Program-made: the position numbers and the translations under genes
Assembly (NCBI GenBank): GCA_031835245.2
Contig: JAVKOQ020000102.1
Span: 62,001 to 126,000 of the forward strand
DNA from: Balamuthia mandrillaris
Taxonomy: Eukaryota
Length of the DNA: 64,000 nt
Direction: 5' to 3'
In this document: piece by piece, positions 59,401 through 64,000 of the stretch
Numbering within the stretch: the first letter of the stretch is position 1
Layout of the letters: every line of letters starts with the position of its first letter
Notes under the pieces: generated by a model
Databases searched by the model: none
The model's input: the letters and a program-made list of their open reading frames with translations, nothing else
What the model was told of the DNA's origin: nothing

Positions 59401-62400
59401 AGAGCGCAAACGGACGGGAAGAGCAGAATAGCGAGAAAGAAACTAACCCAAAGGAAGATGAAAGTTTAAATGACGCTCAATCGGACGTTAAAGCACAGAC
59501 CGAAGAATTAGCAACAGAAAAGGTCAAAATAGAACCGACCACCAATTCCGCTTCTTCTCTTCCTAAAATACTTCCTCTAGAGCCTTCTTCTTCATCGTCC
59601 TCTCACCAAACTCTGTCTTCCTCTTCTTCTGTTACTTCTGTTCCTTCGCACACTACCCAATCATATTCCACTCCAGCGAACGGATCTCATTTCATGCATA
59701 ACGTGAGTTCGCCGGTGTCAGCAACACAAGCGCGAGTCACCTACTCTTCCACTCCTACTGCTGCTTATCCTGCTCATCCTCATTCGCTCTCATCGACTCC
59801 TCCTCCATATACTTTTGTTCATTCTTATCCTGCCGGTGGCGTTCCTGGAACGCTATCTCCAAATCATCATCTGCCTTATTCTCCTCAATCACAACAACAT
59901 CACATACCCCACCAAGAAGTTGAGGAAGAGGAGGAAGAGGAAGGAGACCAAGAGCAACCTCTCGGCCCCAACGAAAAGAAAGTTCGTCGCTTCCTTGTCA
60001 AATGGAAAGGCCTTCCCTACTCGGAATGCACGTGGGAGCTCGAATCCGACCTCAAAGGTTACAAAACCAAGATCAAGGAGTTTTATAGCTTCCACACGCC
60101 TGATCCCGATAGACCACGCAGCTCTAATGCTACCCCCCGTCCTCCAGCCAGCGCCTTTCAAACTCTGAGCGATCCTGTTTTCAAAGGTGGCAACAAGCTG
60201 CGCAGCTACCAATTGCAAGGCCTCAACTGGTTGGTCTATTGTTGGTTCAATCGACGCGGCTCCATTCTGGCCGATGAGATGGGTCTCGGTAAGACCGTGC
60301 AGAGCGTTTCTTTCCTGGAGCATGTTTGCAATGCTCAGGGCATCTGTGGGCCGTTCTTGGTGCTGGTGCCGCTCTCCACGCTACCTCATTGGCAGAGAGA
60401 GTTTGAGGCATGGACTGACATGAACGTAGTGGTTTACACCGGAGACGCCGAGAGCAGGAGCATCATTCGTCAGTACGAGTGGTACTACTCCAAGCTCAAC
60501 GGCATTCCTCCAAGGAAGAGCCGCAGAGCAGGAAGAAGCGGACCTGCCACAGGCCCTAATGCTGGCTACAAGTTCCAAGCCTTGATCACGACCTACGAGA
60601 TGATCCTTCGTTCGGACTGGAGCGAGCTCAGCCGCATTCCATGGAGGGTGATGCTGGTGGACGAAGCTCATCGTCTCAAGAACCGCTCTTCCAAGCTGTT
60701 GGAGCACCTGCAGAGTTTTAAGACGGAGCACAGAGTCATACTCACGGGAACACCTCTGCAGAACAACACGACAGAGCTGTGGACGCTGCTCAACTTCATC
60801 GAGCCGCACATCTTCCACTCGCTCCCTCTCTTCCTGCAAAACTTCGGAGACCTTCAGAACAGCGAGCAGGTGCGCAACCTGCACATCCTGCTGCGTCCTC
60901 ACCTCCTTCGACGCCTGAAAGAGGACGTGGAGAACAGCATCCCGCCGAAGGAAGAGGTCGTGGTGGAGGTAGAGTTGACCTCCTTGCAGAAGAAGTACTA
61001 CAGGGCTATCCTAGAACGTAACCGAGACTTCCTCTACAAGGGCTGTCACAGCAGTAATGTGCCCAATCTCATCAACGTGGTTATGCAGCTGCGCAAAGCT
61101 TGCAATCATCCGTTCCTCATCAAAGGAGTGGAGGACAAGGAGACCGCCGCTTTGACCGCTCAGGAGGACTACTACCGGCTGCTCATACAGAGTGCTGGCA
61201 AGCTGGCCCTGTTGGACAAGTTGCTCCCCAAGCTCAAAGCGGGAGGTCATCGCGTGCTCATCTTTTCTCAAATGGTTCGGGTGCTGGATCTGTTGGAAAC
61301 CTACTTGCATTACAAGAACTATCTCTACGAGCGGCTGGACGGACGTGTGCGTGGCAGCGAGAGGCAGAGCGCCATCGACCGCTTCTCTCGGCCGGGAAGC
61401 AATCGTTTTGTCTTCTTGCTGTGTACCCGTGCTGGTGGATTGGGCATCAATTTGGCCACTGCTGATACGGTTGTTATCTACGATAGCGATTGGAACCCTC
61501 AGAACGATCTACAGGCGCAGGCTCGGTGCCATCGCATAGGGCAGACCAAAGATGTTAAAGTCTATCGTCTTATCACGAGGAACACGTATGAGCGGCACAT
61601 GTTTGAGAGAACGAGCAAAAAGTTGGGGCTGGATCAAGCTGTGTTGGACAACATGGGGAATACCAACGGGAAAGGCAATGGCAAAGCTACCAAAGAGAGT
61701 CTTGCAGAGATGGGCAAAGAGATTGATAACCTGTTGAAATATGGAGCATACGACCTGTTCAGAGGAGAGGATGATAAGGAAGGAGCGAACGGGAAAGTTG
61801 AAGACATGTTTGGAGAGGACGACATTGACAAGATCTTGGAACGAAATGCAACGCTCGTTCGCTACGATGACAATAACAATACTGACAACAAAGATGCACC
61901 TCAACAACGTTCTTCTACTTTCTCCAAAGCCGTCTTCCAATCCTCCGAAGCGGACAGCGCCATCGACATCAACGCAGAGAACTTTTGGGAGTTGATTCTG
62001 CCAGAGGCCAAGGACACAGCCAGCGTGGTTCGGCGTCTAAAGCAAGGTGAGCCTGGTAAGAGCCCAGAGAAGGAGAAAGAGTTTTGGGCGGATCTCAAAA
62101 CGGTAGTCGAGGAGGCCATCGAGCAATGGGAGCAGAAGCTGGAGATCCCCAAGGACCTGCATGTTATCATGGGAGTGTTGGAGGAGATTGTGCAAGGCAC
62201 TAGCGGAGTGCAGTTTAGCGACCGGCACGTCAACATGGCTCGCAATTGGTTATTGATATTGAATCGACCGAGAAGACGAAGAAGAAGAGGAGAGCAGGAA
62301 TCTTCTTCGTTGAGCTTACTGTCGGAGGAAAGCAACAAGAACCAAAGGAACAAGAGGAAGAGAACAAGCGAACGTAGTGCGAGCAGAAGTTCTAGACGTG

Positions 62401-64000
62401 GTACGAAGCGCGGGGAGGATGCAGGCGAGGAGGAAGAAGCGGACACTTATTCTCTGGATGAGGACGAGGATGAAAGCGCTCTCTCTTCAGCGGATGACTT
62501 TTCCGATGGCTCTCGGCGGCCCAACAAACGCGCCAGAGGAAGAGGAAACGAAAAACGCAAACCATGGAACATGAGCGAACGGAAACGAGCGCAAGAAGCC
62601 ATTTTGGCTTTCGGTCGTCCTTGTTGGGAGGAGATCAAACAGTGCAAAGGATTGAACAGGCGAAGCACAGAGGATATCAAGGAATTTGCTCTAGCCTTTC
62701 TTTGCCAGTGCTCTCTTGTTGCGCAGCAGTCGCTGCAGCAACAATCATCGGAGAAGAGTTCCAACTCTGCTTCTGGAAGTAATGCTGTGGATGAGGAAGA
62801 TGTACAAGCGTTTGAGGAAGCGTTGGCTTTTTGTAGCAGCGCTGGTTCGAGGTACACTCGCTCGGCGGTGGCGGATCATTTGTTGGACGGCGAGGCATCC
62901 TCTACATCTTCTTCTTCAACCAATGGCGCTGAATCTTCATCATCAACTGAACCACAAAACGCTTCTCCAACAGTATCAATCATGAGCCAAAAGGAGAAGA
63001 AGCAACGAGTAGATCGTCACAAAGTGTTACAGGACGAACAATACATCACAAATATCAAACGCAAAGCCAAGACATGGGCCAAACGTCTCCTCCTTCTTAA
63101 ACGTCTTAGAGAGGAAGTGGAGCACTTCCCCTCCTTGTCCGACTTTTGTTTGCCCTCTCTGTGGACTCCCAATCACAGCCAGAAGCAAAGCCCGGCACCG
63201 TGGTGGGGGATGGTAGAGGACAGGGACTTGCTTTTGGGCACCTACAAACATGGCTTTGGCTGCTTTGACACCATGATTGCGGATGAGGAGTTGAGCTTTG
63301 GTAAGACGTTGAAAGGAGAGGAACAGGGAAGTGGTGCTGGAGCTGCCTCTCCCTCTGCCTCTCTTGTCTCGAGGCTTCGTTCTTCTTCCAGACGACGTTC
63401 TTCACGCGGAGCAGCAAAAGACCACGACGAAGAGGAAAACCAAGACAAAGATAAAAATGTTGGTTCAACGAGGGGCTGGCCGGCAAAACGTTTGCTAAAC
63501 CTCCGAGTGAAGTCAGTGTTGGATTTGGTGGCGAAGTTGAAGAAAGCGGAAGCCAAACGCAAAGAACGAGAGGAACGACAGGAACAACGAGAGAAGCGTA
63601 AACGCTCCAAGCGAGAGCAACTCGAGAAAGAGAGAAACGAACGTGTTCAGCGACGGCAACAAAAACTGGCCGAAAAGGAGTTGAAAAGCCAGGAGAGAAA
63701 GAGGGAGTGGTCCAAGAGAGAACGTCAAGATTTTAGAGCGGCCATCATGGCGCATGGTCCTGGCGATTGGGCTCTCATCAAGGAAAAAGCCAATCTCACC
63801 AATAAGAGCGAAGAGGCCATTGCAAAGTGTTATGATGAGCTGATGGAACTCGCGCGACAAATGACGGCTGAGTTCCCTGATCCTTATATCTTTTTGAAGA
63901 AAAAGAACAAGCCCACCGACCGAAAAACAGAAGAAGACGGAGAGGATGACGAAGACAGAGAAGAAGAAGAAGAGGAGGAGGAGGAGGAGGAGGAGGAGGA
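56241..64000 (+). CDS. CHD-family (CHD6-9-like) chromatin remodeller with bromodomain, partial at the 3' end
   Basis: Exon 1 is 56241-56359 and exon 2 appears open from 56513 to the window end. Bromodomain (AWPFNQPVDP...DYFEIIKNPMDLGTI...NCLAYN), two chromodomains (YFIKWKEMSYIHCEW; FLVKWKGLPYSECTWE), ILADEMGLGKT, DEAHRLKN, HRVLIFSQM, DSDWNPQNDLQAQARCHRIGQ, SANT-like repeats. It is missing from the ORF track because no stop codon falls in the window. Confidence 0.93.

Overview
Gene-dense, intron-rich eukaryotic genomic DNA. The short GT-AG introns full of CT/CTT microsatellites and the gene content suggest a free-living amoebozoan, reminiscent of Balamuthia; this is inference. The ORF track is fragmented by introns, so I rebuilt gene models by hand and exon edges are approximate. 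I find about 22 protein-coding genes: Dabb, barstar-like, DH-C2 RhoGEF, IucA/IucC NIS synthetase, two Cdc123/R2K-like ATP-grasp genes, glycerate kinase, MUS81, CEBPZ/Noc1, Dps-like, VIT-vWA, LPCAT/LPEAT, S9 peptidase-like, HA-repeat protein, F-box/ankyrin, Arf, an unknown protein, two tandem 5TM/folate-receptor-like genes, RibD_C, HemB, a TDP2-like EEP and a bromodomain-bearing CHD remodeller that runs off the end. The most striking structure is at 7.4-13.4 kb. An intronless, bacterial-type siderophore-synthetase (IucA/IucC) gene and a dead, intron-bearing thymidylate synthase fragment sit between two copies of a ~1 kb direct duplication, with template-switch scars. Other highlights: several bacterial-family proteins that appear to have lost catalytic or binding residues (Dps, S9 peptidase, barstar); CaaX tails on both R2K ATP-grasp proteins; unusual domain fusions (MUS81+SAM+SWIM, VIT-vWA+R-SNARE coil, WH2-like+EEP, tetraspan+folate receptor+GPI); and a recurrent GTCGAC promoter motif. 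All family calls are motif recognition by eye; no searches were run.
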